Below, in pieces: positions 50,750 through 62,870 of a stretch of DNA of 64,000 bases; position 1 is the stretch's first letter, and each line of letters begins with the position of its first letter. A model generated the notes under the pieces. It saw only the letters and a program-made list of their open reading frames with translations. It searched no databases and had not been told where the DNA came from. The translations under genes and the position numbers were made by a program. Origin of the DNA: Laetmonice hystrix (lineage: Eukaryota); assembly GCA_965235115.1 (NCBI GenBank), contig OZ249445.1, positions 3,286,001-3,350,000 of the forward strand, given 5' to 3'.

Positions 50750-52600
50750 GTAATTGGTCCAGAGGCTGATCTTCTCAAAGAGAGTTGTGGTCAAGTGTTC
50801 GGCCACCGAAGAGAAAGGAGAAGGCACTAATGGTTCTTCTAAGAATGCTGGGTCACTGTGGTAAAGGCACCCTGGAGATTAGCAACACAATGCCTACGAA
50901 TAACACCGACCTGGGCCGATTCTATGGCGATATTAAGTTCATCGCTGTGCCAGAAAGTCCTTTGGTCCGAGCCAAGGGAAAAACGTTGAGGCGCGAGAGA
51001 CCGTCGGATTAGATGGCGGGGGCGATGACCGGGCCCTGTTGTTGGCGATGGGACAATGCTGCGACCCTTTCTTGATCCATACAGAAATGTCCTTAAAGCC
51101 AGAAACATCTGTGGCAAGCAGAATACTGCTAGACGCCGGACTGGGAGGGGGTGGCTTGGACTGAGGGAGACATTTACGTACCGTATTGGTCAGTACCCAG
51201 CATCTATGTCAGCATCCAGCACCCAGCATCAGCAGGCCATGTCTTATCTGAGGTCATGAAACACTACAGACCATAACGCCTGGGTCAATATCAGCAGAAT
51301 ATGGAAATGTAGAATAGAGGACAGGCGGGCAAACTTATAAGTAGACCCAGGAGACGGCAGTCCTAAAGTTGGAAGTAGAAGCCTTCCTCCTAAACTTATC
51401 GACACAACTTGGAAGCGGGCAGAGAGGCGATGCGTTGTCTTGCTAGATTTGCAGTGAGCGTAAGAAGGGGTTATTGATTGGTGTAGACAGTCAAGTGTTA
51501 AAGCTCAGAGCAAGGAGATCCAAGCAGAAGGTTTGTCATGGACAATAAGCAAGGATAATGGTGTTGGAACAATCCCAAACACATCCTCAGACAATAGCCG
51601 GATCAAGACTGCAACCCGGTCCCAATGTTACCTTAGCGATACCATCAGATCCACAACTGCAGCCAGTCGGGACGTCGGAGAGCTACAAAGCCTGGCAATG
51701 CAGGAGATTTCAGATAGGGTCCGCCAGGAAGCGTCCTAGGAGGGGGAGAGGTCTAGAGGGCCTCCCCCAGGGAGCCGCTGGCGGGTGCACAATGCCAAGA
51801 GGACATTGTTCACGAAGACTTGCTTCTTGTGACCTTTGGTAACCACCAGAAGATTCAGGGTGATATTGTCGCAGCCAAAATGGCACAAATGAAGCTTTAT
51901 GTCAGATGCGATTGAGATGAGTAGCTCGCTACGAGCTTGCTAAGAGCGATAAGCTTACTTTACTGAAATAATCGATGGAGAGAGCGAGGAGATAGGCCAT
52001 TGTCTTCGCCCGTAAGAAATGTGAAGTGGCTGTGGGTGATTGTGGGGCATGATCGGGCGGTAGGAGAGAGCCGTAGAGGAGAAGTTGTCTGACAGCCGTG
52101 GCGGATGCCATCCGTCCACTGTATGATTGTCTGTCATAACGTGAGGCCGCCCAGCCTCGCCATGACTGGCTCCCCCAGCAGCGTCATGTCACAGCCAATG
52201 TCAGATAGCGACCGTCTGTATTGTGGCAAGGCCAGACCCAACGGTCCCGACTGACAGATAGGCAATAGAAGCCCGCAGTTTGTAGTGAAGCGCCAGGATT
52301 GGGCAGGCCGATAAGAAATGCTTTCCGAAGCCACCACTTCAACACGCACCTGAAATGACAATAGTCATAAAGACAATCCAAACTCATGTCAGGAGCTGTG
52401 CTTAGTAAATGGAGCCGCCTGATTTCAGCAAAAGTTGTTCCCATAGTCATCTTGTAAGAAAAGTCTCTTATTATTCTACATGAGGTCTAGTTTTGGTGCC
52501 AGTGGCGGTTATTTCTCAGTAGGTTCTGGTTTGGCTTCAGGCAGAAGGAAGGAAAGCTAGAAGTATCAGTTGAGCGTCTATCTGCTGAATGATGACAAAC
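50750..52600 (-). mobile_element. Decayed LINE RT
   Basis: STAPD (cf. .AGPD), WWLRKAFLIGLPNPG (cf. WK.A.VI.L.KP), LSIDYFSK (51982-51959, cf. LDFSKAFD), APWGRPSRPL (about 51780, cf. GVPQGSPLGPL). Confidence 0.5.
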
Positions 52601-53900
52601 TGGATCACAGCTTTGGCCTGATACTGCCTGAACATTGACCGAATAGCACGAAAGAAATTTCCTGAAGTATCTCATCAACTACATTTTGCATTCTTTAACA
52701 AGTTAGTGGGGTGATTTTTGTCAACATCTTCATATAAAGAAAAATAAAATTAGTGGCAATGGATCATGTGTTTCACTCATATTCTGATTGGCTACTATAA
52801 ATAACACATTATTAGCAATGAAATTATCCGAATTTATGCTCTGCACTATGACCCTCTCCCAGTTGGGGTGTTTATAAAAAAACAAACGGACAGTTTCCGA
52901 CCATAACAGTACTATAATGGACCAACATATCCGTGCTAAAAAAAACTGAGCTTGAAGCTTGCCATATAAATCACGCTCCAATTATTTTGGAGATATAATT
53001 AAATATTTTGTGCTGTTTCAGATGTACATTTAGTATTAACCAGTGTAATTATGTCATTGTGTGATGAATTGAGGTAATTTGGAAACGTTTGACCCAAGTC
53101 GGAGGACAAAGTCTGTTGAATCACGTTGAAGAAACCAGTTAGCAGGAGCAGAAGGAAAGGTGGCGCATGCCCGCCTCGCCACGCCTCACAAAGACAAGTG
53201 TCACTCGGTAAAACAAGCTGCCATTGTCACATCTTCTTTATAGTCCTGACACAAACAATGCCCGCTGGTAGGGATGAGACGATTGGAGATTGTGAGATGT
53301 TATCCTGGCACTGATAGGGCCAGGGCAGAACGAGGTCAATAGCCACTGGCCACATCGCCCAGATTATCACGTGGCCTCCAGAAAGTCGGCCCTTGTGTCT
53401 CACTGACCTCCACTGATTGTTCAGTAAGCGCCTGTTTCCTGGTTGCTGGCTGGAAGCACGGGGCCATGGTGGTGTACGGGGCCTGGGGTGGTTGGTGGTA
53501 GAAGGCCCTGAGTGGGTGCAGACACTGGGTCCCTTGAGGGAGACAGGCCGGTGGGAGGGAGAGACTCGATGTGATCGGCCCGGCGGGGGCTGGAGACAAT
53601 AGTTGTTCTCAGGTGTGAGTGCTGATTAGGACACCTGTAATGAGGGTGGGTGTGTGTGGGACCAGCGGCCAGTCAGCCGACAGGTGAGGAGGATGAGGTG
53701 AGTGAGTCAAGGCTGTGATCACCCAGGCGAGGTGTCCTTGTCATATGATGTCTGACTGAGGAGGTAATAGACACAAACAGCCGTGGGAATCAGAAGTGTA
53801 TAATAGCAACCTGACCAAAACGAAAAGTGACCGGAAGTAATATTAATTAAGTACGATCATGACCTTAGATGTGGACCCAATTGTTAGCCTTGTATCCCAG

Positions 53901-54076
53901 GCCCTGGTTTTTAGTTCGACATTTTACCAATCTTAAGACTGGAATTTTAAGACTGACTTGTGTTATGGTCTCTCATTGGCTGACTCCTTTTGGAGGACCA
54001 ATCAGAAGCTCTAAAACAAGAATACAATCTTAAGATTTGAATCTTAAGACACAGTTTCCAAACTAAAAACCAGGCC
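53901..54076. mobile_element. PIF/Harbinger-type MITE (about 176 bp)
   Basis: TIRs gccctggtttttagtt / aactaaaaaccaggcc (15/16), flanked by CAG (53898-53900) and CTG (54077-54079). More diverged arms continue inward, with two TCTTAAGA-like blocks on each side. Confidence 0.75.
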
Positions 54077-54103
54077 CTGGGCGGCCAGAGGACCCCTGTA
54101 AGC

Positions 54104-54291
54104 CTTGAGAGCCAGTGGTAAGCTTGGTTCATTGCCCTTTGGGACAGCCAATCAGTAAGCTTGGCTTTGTTCATGACCCTTTATGACAGCCAATCAGTGA
54201 GCTTGATGCATGGCCCTTGAGGACAGCCAATCAGTGAGCATAATGCATGGCCCTTGAGGAGAGCCAATTGGTACGTTTAGACCATGGTCCT
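54104..54291. repeat. Diverged about 37-bp minisatellite, 5 copies, CCAAT-containing
   Basis: Core gacagccaatcagt(g/a)agc followed by (t/g)catg(g/a)ccct. Units are 34-42 bp. Confidence 0.85.
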
Positions 54292-55989
54292 GTAAAGGGA
54301 AGGGCTAAAGAATGACTCAACGTTGGCACCTTTCGGTACGCTGGACTGATTCTTTGTGAGGAATAACTTTGCTGAACTCAGTTTTAAGGCCGTTTACCTT
54401 CTGAAGAAAGTAAACAGACCCCATACAAACACAGGGACATTGGCCGTTCTCATAAGATATTGTTAAAAGGAGAAAGTCAAACTACGTGACTGTATTATAG
54501 CATTTGAAAATTTTAAGAAATCGTGAAAAGAATTACAGAATAAAAAAAAGTGGATAACAATTTAACGGGTTAGTGCCACTTTACAATACGTGCCAAGGAG
54601 CAGTGATGTTTTGTGCTGGATTTATGACAGAAGCAAATCGTCAGTTTGTGGCGCCCTCCTTGGATCGTTTCCAGCACCTTTCTCTACCATTCCAGCTCAG
54701 TGGGGGTGGTGAGGTGTGTTAGCAACCAGGGGGGGGGGGCAGTGAACACGTGGGGTTGAGGACCACCTCCGCCACCCTCCAGTGGGTCAGTCAGTCAGTT
54801 GTGGGTCATTTGTTTAGGGCCATGACAATAGGCCGTGCCCATTGACAACGGTCCGTGTTGTGGAGGACGTCTCACGTCACGGGCCTGGCATGTCTGCCCC
54901 GTCACGCCGACACAATGGTGAGGTAACCGCCAACATTCCACTACTTTGTTCATCTCCACCACACCATGGCGTCACGGGCCGCCCAGTCAGAGGGCTCCTC
55001 TAGAGGCCTTCCAGCTGAGTAGTGCTATCAATAAATGGGGGTGTTTTTATCACGCCAGGCGTAAAGGAGGGCGGGCAGGGGGTGAATTTTCTCAAATATC
55101 GATGTACAAAATCTCTCTTAGGGTATGGTGATGTAAGAGTGCATTGGGGTGAACGCTTTTTGACTGGATGTAAATTTAGGACAAAAATTATAAGGAGCTG
55201 TAAGCATGCACACAAGCATTGATTTGTAACTGTATGTGGTCCTAACATTTCCCAAGAGAATTCTTCTTTGTGACACCTTTCACGGAGACTTCAGACAGGT
55301 GGTTTGAACGTAAGCAGACACCGTCCGGCCTGCAGACATGGACAACTTACCTCCTACAGACTGCCCGGCATACACGTACCGACTGTTTACTCGGGGACAG
55401 TCGGCCGACTCAACAGTCGGTATATATGTATGCCAGTCTTAAATCTAGGAACCTGCCAAAGTTTTACTCAATGACGACTAACCTGCAAACCTCCGTCGGT
55501 CGTCATAATCTAGGCAGCCTACGGCCTACATAACAACTGAAACAATGCCATATTGTCTATTTTACATCGCCCCCCCCCCCCCCCGAACCTCCAGAACTCA
55601 TTATTGGTAGCGATCCTATCGGTGGTTTACCAGGTAGTTTTGGGGACAGTGAAGGTGGGAGATGGATGTTACTGACTCTGACATAACTAGCTCTAACAGG
55701 TGCTCTGTCTGACGTAAGCTCGAATCAAGGCCCTGGGGTCAGAGGGGTCAAACGAGGTCATTGGCCTGAGGTCAGAGGTCAGTTAACTCATGTCATACTG
55801 TTATTGTCATTGGCGCCGCTAAAAGTTAAATTATGCCCTGATAAAAGTTGCATTACTATAGCATTTAATGCTCCTGAAAATATAGCGGCAATATATAATA
55901 TTGGAACACTCAAGTCAACTCCAAATATTAGTAGTCTGTTGCTTGTTACTTTATGTTAGCATCATACACCGGCCGGTTATTGCAGGCAG

Positions 55990-58900
55990 GACATGACGGA
56001 GGTGATGCCAGAACTGAGCCAAACCAACATATAGCAAGCCCTTGAGACAGAAGAAGTAGAAAACCACAGATATGTGAAAATCTTGACTAGTGGCCGCAAA
56101 CAGCTGATTGGTATCCTGGTCATGAGCCTGTGTCAAGAAGGGACGGCAATAAGAGGCACTGTATCATCCAATTTGGCCAACACGGGGCCCCAGTATACAA
56201 CCACCCAGGACCTGTGGAAAACGGCTCCTATACATAGGGGAAAGGGCCTTTTCAGGTGCCACAAAAGCAATTGTAAGCTTTTGTCGCGACATTTCTTTAC
56301 CCCAAACGTTGTTGGTTGATGGCAGGAGGGGCCCATGCAGGGTCACACCAGGCAGAATATTTTACACTGGGCCATAGAATCGGACGTGACTTCTGTGTGT
56401 AAGATCCGCCCATTGTGATCCACGAGGCGCTTGGTGTGTTGGTCATTGTCAAAGGTAGTTGAAAAGTTCAGCACCCCAACGGTCGACGCGACAGCGGCCG
56501 ACAAACGACAGTGAGCAATGAATGAACCTCTGTCAAATATAGATGACAGGAGACCAGTGAGATTCACGGCTGTAATTCGGGGTGACAATGGCGCAAACTT
56601 TGGCCGTGCTTGCGGTCCGACATTCGCTGATCCCCGGGCTTCCCGTGGCCACTGGCGCTATAATAGACTATTAGTTTCGATAATCAGAACAGAGACGGTT
56701 TTACAGGAACAACCTCGGGACTGTGGATTACTGAAGTACAGTGGCCGGCTGTTTCTATTTAACTTGCGCAGCACATCCCAGTTCTGTCAGCTTTTCCAAA
56801 AGATCTTCTTCTTGGGGCAGTCTGGTCCTAGCCACACAATTGGCGGCACTTCTTCAGGCTGGCTCGTTGAGTGTCAAAGATAAGGGCGCTATTGGTGGGA
56901 GGCAATAAAAGCTGGACTTTGGGAGTGCACCAAGACAATAAGGGACAGAAAGCTTTTGTTGGGCCGATTTCTCCATCAAGATAATGGCAGGCATGGCTGA
57001 AGTTGTTCTCCGCGGCACTCCCTTCACAATGGTTCATCTGTCTGTAGCTGCAAGGTCTTGTGTACGACATCGCCTCATGAAGGGGCTTGTTGGTCCAGCC
57101 CCTTGCGCCCAAACACCCAACATTTACCGAGGATTGTGTCCCCTCCGGTTCAGCCCCCTCTCGAGTTATTGCCTCTAATGACATTGTTATAAAGGCCCAC
57201 CATTGGGTCATAAAACACTTTGTGATATTTCGACTATTTTTGTATGGACCACCACTGTCCATTTCTGCCTGCTGCAGGCCCGGGTGGTAGGTTCACCCCG
57301 GGCCCGTGCTCCGGTAGGAGGGGCAGGCCACTGGCAGTAGGTGGCGCTGTCGGCGCCATCAAAGAGGCCACTGATCGAGGAGTCAATGTGACTGGGCCCC
57401 GTGACTCTATAATCAGCCAAGTTAGAGCTCGTCAACGGTTGCCGCTACACCAGACTGACCAAGGTGAGGTGAGACACCGCTTTGTGAGCACTGCTCCTGT
57501 CTCTGCCGGTCTGACCCACTCCTCGCTCCGGGCAGAGCGTCAAGGCGAAACCTACCACACAGTCTTTGATGTCCTCAAACTGGTTCAAGGATCAAACGTT
57601 CTTGTAGGTTGTGCTACCAGGACCTTTGTCTTGGGATACACTTAGCATCATTGAATGTTTCTATTTAAAAGGAATTACAGATTTTGAAGTAAATCTTGAC
57701 CCCTGACAGCACGGAAGGTATCGTGTATGAAATAGTGGCATATTGCTGCAGTCTTAAGATTGTACATATTGCTTGTCAGCAGGTCAATGTACATAAGAAA
57801 TGTGAAATCCCCATAAAAGTTTCTAATTATTATTAATAGACCGAGTTTAGATGGCACACTAGGATTTCTTAGAAGTTGACATACCTGGCTGATCAGCTGG
57901 AAAAAGCATTTCTACTGAATAGTAGACCTCATGCTGAATTAATGAACCGAGTTTCTTTTTGTGTTAGCAAGGATTTTATAATGTAAGTAGACGGGAGGAA
58001 GTTCAAAGAAAGTTAAAATGCCTGAGGAGAGAAACCGTCAGTTGGGGGAGGTGACATCTAAGCAGAAGTCGAACACGGGAATAGTAAGGCGGACCGTCGC
58101 CAGCTGGACGGGCGATCCTCAAGGGGAACCTGGTAGTTATCTGTGCTTGCCGTGATTAAAGATAAAGATAAAGAGTGGAGATATGAGCAGGTCACTTGTC
58201 AGCGCTTGTAGAAGACTTTTGCTCTCATTGAAGTCAGTTGAAAGGTGTTTTATCTTTCTGTGAAAGCGTAACTGACATAAAGAGCCGAGAGAGGCGGGCT
58301 CGGAGCCGGCGGTCTTCAGACAGAGGTTTCGTGTCCATTGAAGAATAAAGATACATTCTCTTCAGAACCAATTAGCTCTCAGTGTTTGTCGGGGGAGGTG
58401 AGAGGTTAGGACATTGCCCTGGCTGGTGAACTGAGCGAGGGAGGGTAAGAAAGGGGGTAAGGGTGGAGGTGGAGGCCAGGGGGTGTGGCCCTTTACCCCT
58501 ACCTGGCGGTGGCCCCTTGCATGCCAAACTGCCCCCAATCACAGAGCAGACCTTTGACAGGCCGGCGGGCTGCCCGGTTGCTGGCCCACAATTGTAACAT
58601 GTAACACGGTTGCGCCACATTGTGCCCAGTGTCGTGCACCAGCCGACCGGATTGTACCCTGCTAAAGACAGAATTGAGCCCGACAGGCGCAAGGCGCGGG
58701 GGGCCGCCGCTTGTATTACGCATTCCTTTCATGCGCGCTGATATTGAATAAGCCATGGCAGGAATGGAATTCCCTGAGATTCTCTGTATAATTTTCAATT
58801 GCAGGCGATATCAATCAGAAGTTCGGACAGGTCATTGGGGGAACGACCGACAAAGAGCTGTTTGAGAAATACGCGGCCTTATTAATGCTCTCGTAGACGA

Positions 58901-59000
58901 CGTTAATACGAGCTCAGCTCAGGACATGCTCACATGATTTGGATAACCCCTCCCTGGTAGGCTTTGGCCAGAATAAAATTTAACATGAATAGGACAGTAG
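55990..59000 (-). mobile_element. Long decayed LINE: gag-like zinc-knuckle ORF1, APE endonuclease and 5' part of RT
   Basis: VTCYNCG (58606-58586) among Cys-rich segments, IIIRNFYGDF (about 57835-57803, cf. II.GDFN), QPTR (57611-57600), GKPGD (about 56645, cf. KSPGPD), AFVAPEKA (56268-56245, cf. AVF.D.EKAFD), all in canonical order. Confidence 0.65.
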
Positions 59001-61384
59001 GAATTCAATTTCTGCCAGGCGAGAAGAGGGACTCAAACATTGAGGAGGGAGGCGAGTTGTTCTGTTCAGTATTGCGTGCCAAATTCTTGACAGGAGTCAA
59101 AGAATTATCGGGATATTATGATCGCATTTGGGACGAGGCCGGGTCTAACCCAATTTGTTGTTGGCATCCCGGAGAGGCATTGTCTCAGCGGGTCACATTG
59201 TTCCTGTTTGTGAGTGACAGGTCGCGATGTGCATGGTCACGCCCAGTCAGGTCTCAGTGGTCACGCGGGTCTGGCCACCGGTCACTCAGACCAAGGAGTA
59301 TAGAATTCTAAACTCGCTGCTCAGACTCGCTGCTCAGACATAGAGTATTAGTAGATCACGGGCTGGTGGCAGCCCGCCCGCCTGCTGCTACTGCTGCCGC
59401 TGCCCACTCTCTCCTGTCAATTTGTGGTAATCTGTTATTGTACATTGGAGATTACTGTATCCATTCTGTGTGGGAATTTCAACACTATCAATGTGCACGC
59501 AGGGATGTCGACTGCCGATCGATGTCCGCCCATCCTCGGGCTGGCCAGGCCAGGCCGTCCGTGCCGACAATATATTTTTTACCCCTGCAGGGGTTCTACA
59601 TGATGCACTAACATGGTGTGTTTATTAAGCCTTGTGTTAACTTTTGATTAACAATATTTTGTGCGAGTCAAAGGCGCAGTGATCCCTGCAGCGTGTGTGT
59701 TGGCTGAAACCGTTACAATCCGTGCGCCGTGCCCCACCTCGGCCTGGAGAGTGGCGGCTCAATCTACAATCACAGCTGAACCGCTCTGTACCGACATGGG
59801 CCAAGTCTATGAATTATTATATTGCGAGTAATGAGAAATTCAAAAGGTTGATTACCCTTTGTCGGGAGATATGAACAAATTGGTTGGTGGTGGTGGTGTG
59901 TCAGAATGGACGGACAAAGGGAAGGCTAGGAATAACGGCTTTATAAGTGAAGGGTACTGAACGGAGGCTGTGATGTTTGCATGGAGAGATGATTGGGATG
60001 GAGAGGAGTGGGGTTTGGATTGGGGGCAAGGCTGGGGATAATAGATGGCAAGAGAGAGAGCCAGACATTCTCATTGTGAATGTCATATTAGGACCAGTGA
60101 ATACTAATGTCGACCACATTGTATTGTAATGTTCGTGCCTCTATAATGACTTGGAGATAGCATGGTCTGGATTGGTCGTTATAGAACTCTCATTGAGAGA
60201 TTAACCTCCGTTTTCCCTCAGTTCACCAATAGATCGGTGTAACTGTTCCAATGCCCCCCTTAATTTAAAATACCCCCGTCCTCTATGCGTCGGTTAACCT
60301 CATGTTGACGGTTCAACTGTGTCAAAGAGTTCACCCTAACACACAGCAGTCTTTCTTTGAAAGACTTTGAAAATTTTCTTTTAAAATTTTGAAAATTTTC
60401 TTTTAAAATATCTGGGGGGTGGGGGTGGGGGGAATCTGAAAACACACACAGAAGGAGTGCTGGAATTAAAGGATATCTCTGTAGTTTATGAGGTGCAACT
60501 ATGAGCAGATTACTGCAACATTTAGAATCAAAGATTTTGAATACATCGAAGATTGAACATCCTCTACATGATTAAAACCAAAGATTTCAGGGTTTTCACA
60601 TAAAGCAAGATGAAACCTGTTTAATGACGATTGTACAACGGGCATGTTTGATCCTAAAACGAGATCCTAAAAAAAAGTGTCCAAACCTGACACGTTCCTG
60701 ACTGGTGTCCTCAAGTATGCCTCCTGTGGGCCTAGAGGCGTCGCACTGGCCTATAGATAGAGCTACAATACATTATGTATATGTCAGTTGTATATGGTTA
60801 TCGGTTTAAACCCCTGTGGGTGTTCAGTGGGTGAGGCTGGCGATAATAATGGGTTATACAACTTCTTTTTCGTGTTGTCAAGTTTGTTTCTTGCTGGAAG
60901 ATATGATAGTTCAAAGATATAGTAACCCCCCTTCTCTCTGAACTGGAAGCTAACAATCACAAAACTGAGAAAAATCTGGGACGGAGAAGGTTGGTTTAAT
61001 GATACAGGACTTGTTCCGGTTACCTAAAAGATCGAAAACAAAACTAGACTAGGATCACCATTGAGCATTAGCCCTTTTTTCAACAATCTAAATATCTTAG
61101 TGTTAAGCAGTTGTTGTGACCCCAGTGACTTGACCTGGATACTGATATACTGTGGTACCTGAACTCTAAAGGACGATGGCGCATGATTTGTTGTGTGACA
61201 AGGTCAAGGGAGCTATGACGTGTCGTTTAACTATTGTTTATGGAGTTTGGATCTTAAGAAAAACGTTTCGGTTACACAATATCCGTCAGCTGTAAACGAT
61301 ATCTGCTACTTAAGTATAGAAATAGGACAGACGTCTCAACTCTTCCAGTGTTGTAGGAGAATGATAGCCAAATAAATACCAGAA

Positions 61385-61557
61385 TCTAGGTCAAATTGTC
61401 AGATGGCAATGTAGTCTATCTAGGTCGGATTGTCAGATGGCAATGTATCTAGGTCGGATTGTCAGATGGCAATGTATCTAGGTCGGATTGTCAGATGGCA
61501 ATGTACCTAGGTCGGATTGTCAGATGGCAATGTATCTAGGTCAGATTGTCAGATGGC
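61385..61557. repeat. 29-bp minisatellite, 6 copies
   Basis: Unit tctaggtcggattgtcagatggcaatgta. Confidence 0.97.
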
Positions 61558-61655
61558 TAATGCTGATTTCTGGATTAAAGCCATCATGGCGGTGACTGGC
61601 TAAAGTACGTCAGGCGATAAATATGCCCCCTATCGTTAAACCCGAGAAATACCTA

Positions 61656-61673
61656 CAGCGCCCTCTGTTGGCA
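61656..61673 (-). promoter_or_regulatory. CTCF motif match
   Basis: The minus strand reads TGCCAACAGAGGGCGCTG, one mismatch from the CCASYAGRKGGCRS core. Confidence 0.4.
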
Positions 61674-62499
61674 TTAAAAGGCCTTGTCTGTCGACAATCC
61701 GTATTTAGGGCAAGTTATGAGGACAAGGTCGATCTGGGACAAGGTCTGGGATTAACATTAGAAAGGATGAACTACTATTGCATGACGTTACATTTCATTC
61801 TTGTGATTCTTCACAAATTCAATAAATACCAATCGTTACAAATGACCTGAATACCATGATGTATTTTCTTGGGCTGATACCAAAGGTATATTTTAGGAAT
61901 GACCCAATACACACTGAACATCCGGGAGAGCATTTTGTCATGACATTGCTTTACTAATGATAAGGTCAGCAATAGAAATCACGCATGGTATTCCTTCCTG
62001 AATTGGAAACAAATTTGTGTTATACCTTCTGTGATGCCCACAATATTTTGTGGGTAACAATGATGCTTAAGTGGGTAATTTCATGCTGGAATCGCAATAA
62101 AAAGATATCACCGTTCGGTAACTGCACTATGTGCCGTTTGGCATGTGATCTCGGTAGCGTGATTTAGTTGCTGCATTGAGCAAGGCTTTTACTTAGAGAT
62201 GCTTCTGTGATTACAGGGGGCAGGAACCATAGAGACTGGACTGGAACCGCCTTGTAAAAGGTTGCCTCAGAGAAAGTGGGACGGCTACCACGGGGTCCTC
62301 GTTGTCTGATCGGGGGACGCACAGTTCAAGCAAACGTAGACTTGTAACCTGGTTTGATCTGCAAAAGCGTCTGGAACAAGAAAAGGGGGGTAAGTATACG
62401 TGCAATGATGTGGTGTGGTGGGGGCCGCTGTGGTTGGGCCGGCCCCTGTGCTGTGAATGGAGCTGTTGTTGTGGCGGAACAACACCGTCCCATTCACGG

Positions 62500-62870
62500 C
62501 CTGCGATGAATAGATCGTTGCTACCGAACGGGCCGCCCGGCCGCTGAATCATGGCCCATTGTATTGTGCGTGCCGTGCTCTGGCGCTATTTGCGCTCGTG
62601 TTGTCCCACTGACGTCTCGTCTCACTGGTTGGCTGGCGTCGGGGCTCCGTACTAACATTAAGCGTCAGTTGAGAATTTTAACGACGCAGCGAGGAGGGAC
62701 TGATGAACCGCTGAAGTTGAGCTGTTCGTAAAAACTAATCAACTAAATGAGACGACGGACGCGCGGCCACGAGGGGAGTACGCACAATTAGTTAGAAACA
62801 TTCAACCACGACGAGTGATCACGGCTGTGTCAAAACGGCCACGATCACGAGGAAACCAAGCTACTATATA
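62500..62870. promoter_or_regulatory. CpG-rich island, possible promoter
   Basis: Visibly dense CpG (gacgacggacgcgcggccacga...) and TGACGTC at about 62607. No start site can be assigned. Confidence 0.3.

Noticed and set aside
56244-56263. Histone 3' stem-loop-like GGGCCTTTTCAGGTGCCAC
   Set aside because: The stem is imperfect with an extra base, there is no histone CDS upstream, and it is the reverse complement of the RT EKA motif codons.
62217-62390. Plus-strand coding exon ending at GGGG|gtaagt
   Set aside because: Splice signals are plausible, but every frame has a stop. A non-coding exon cannot be excluded or supported.
62700-62737. Hammerhead ribozyme core (CTGATGA...)
   Set aside because: No properly placed GAAA after a stem II and no stems I/III. 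Other CTGATGA hits also fail.
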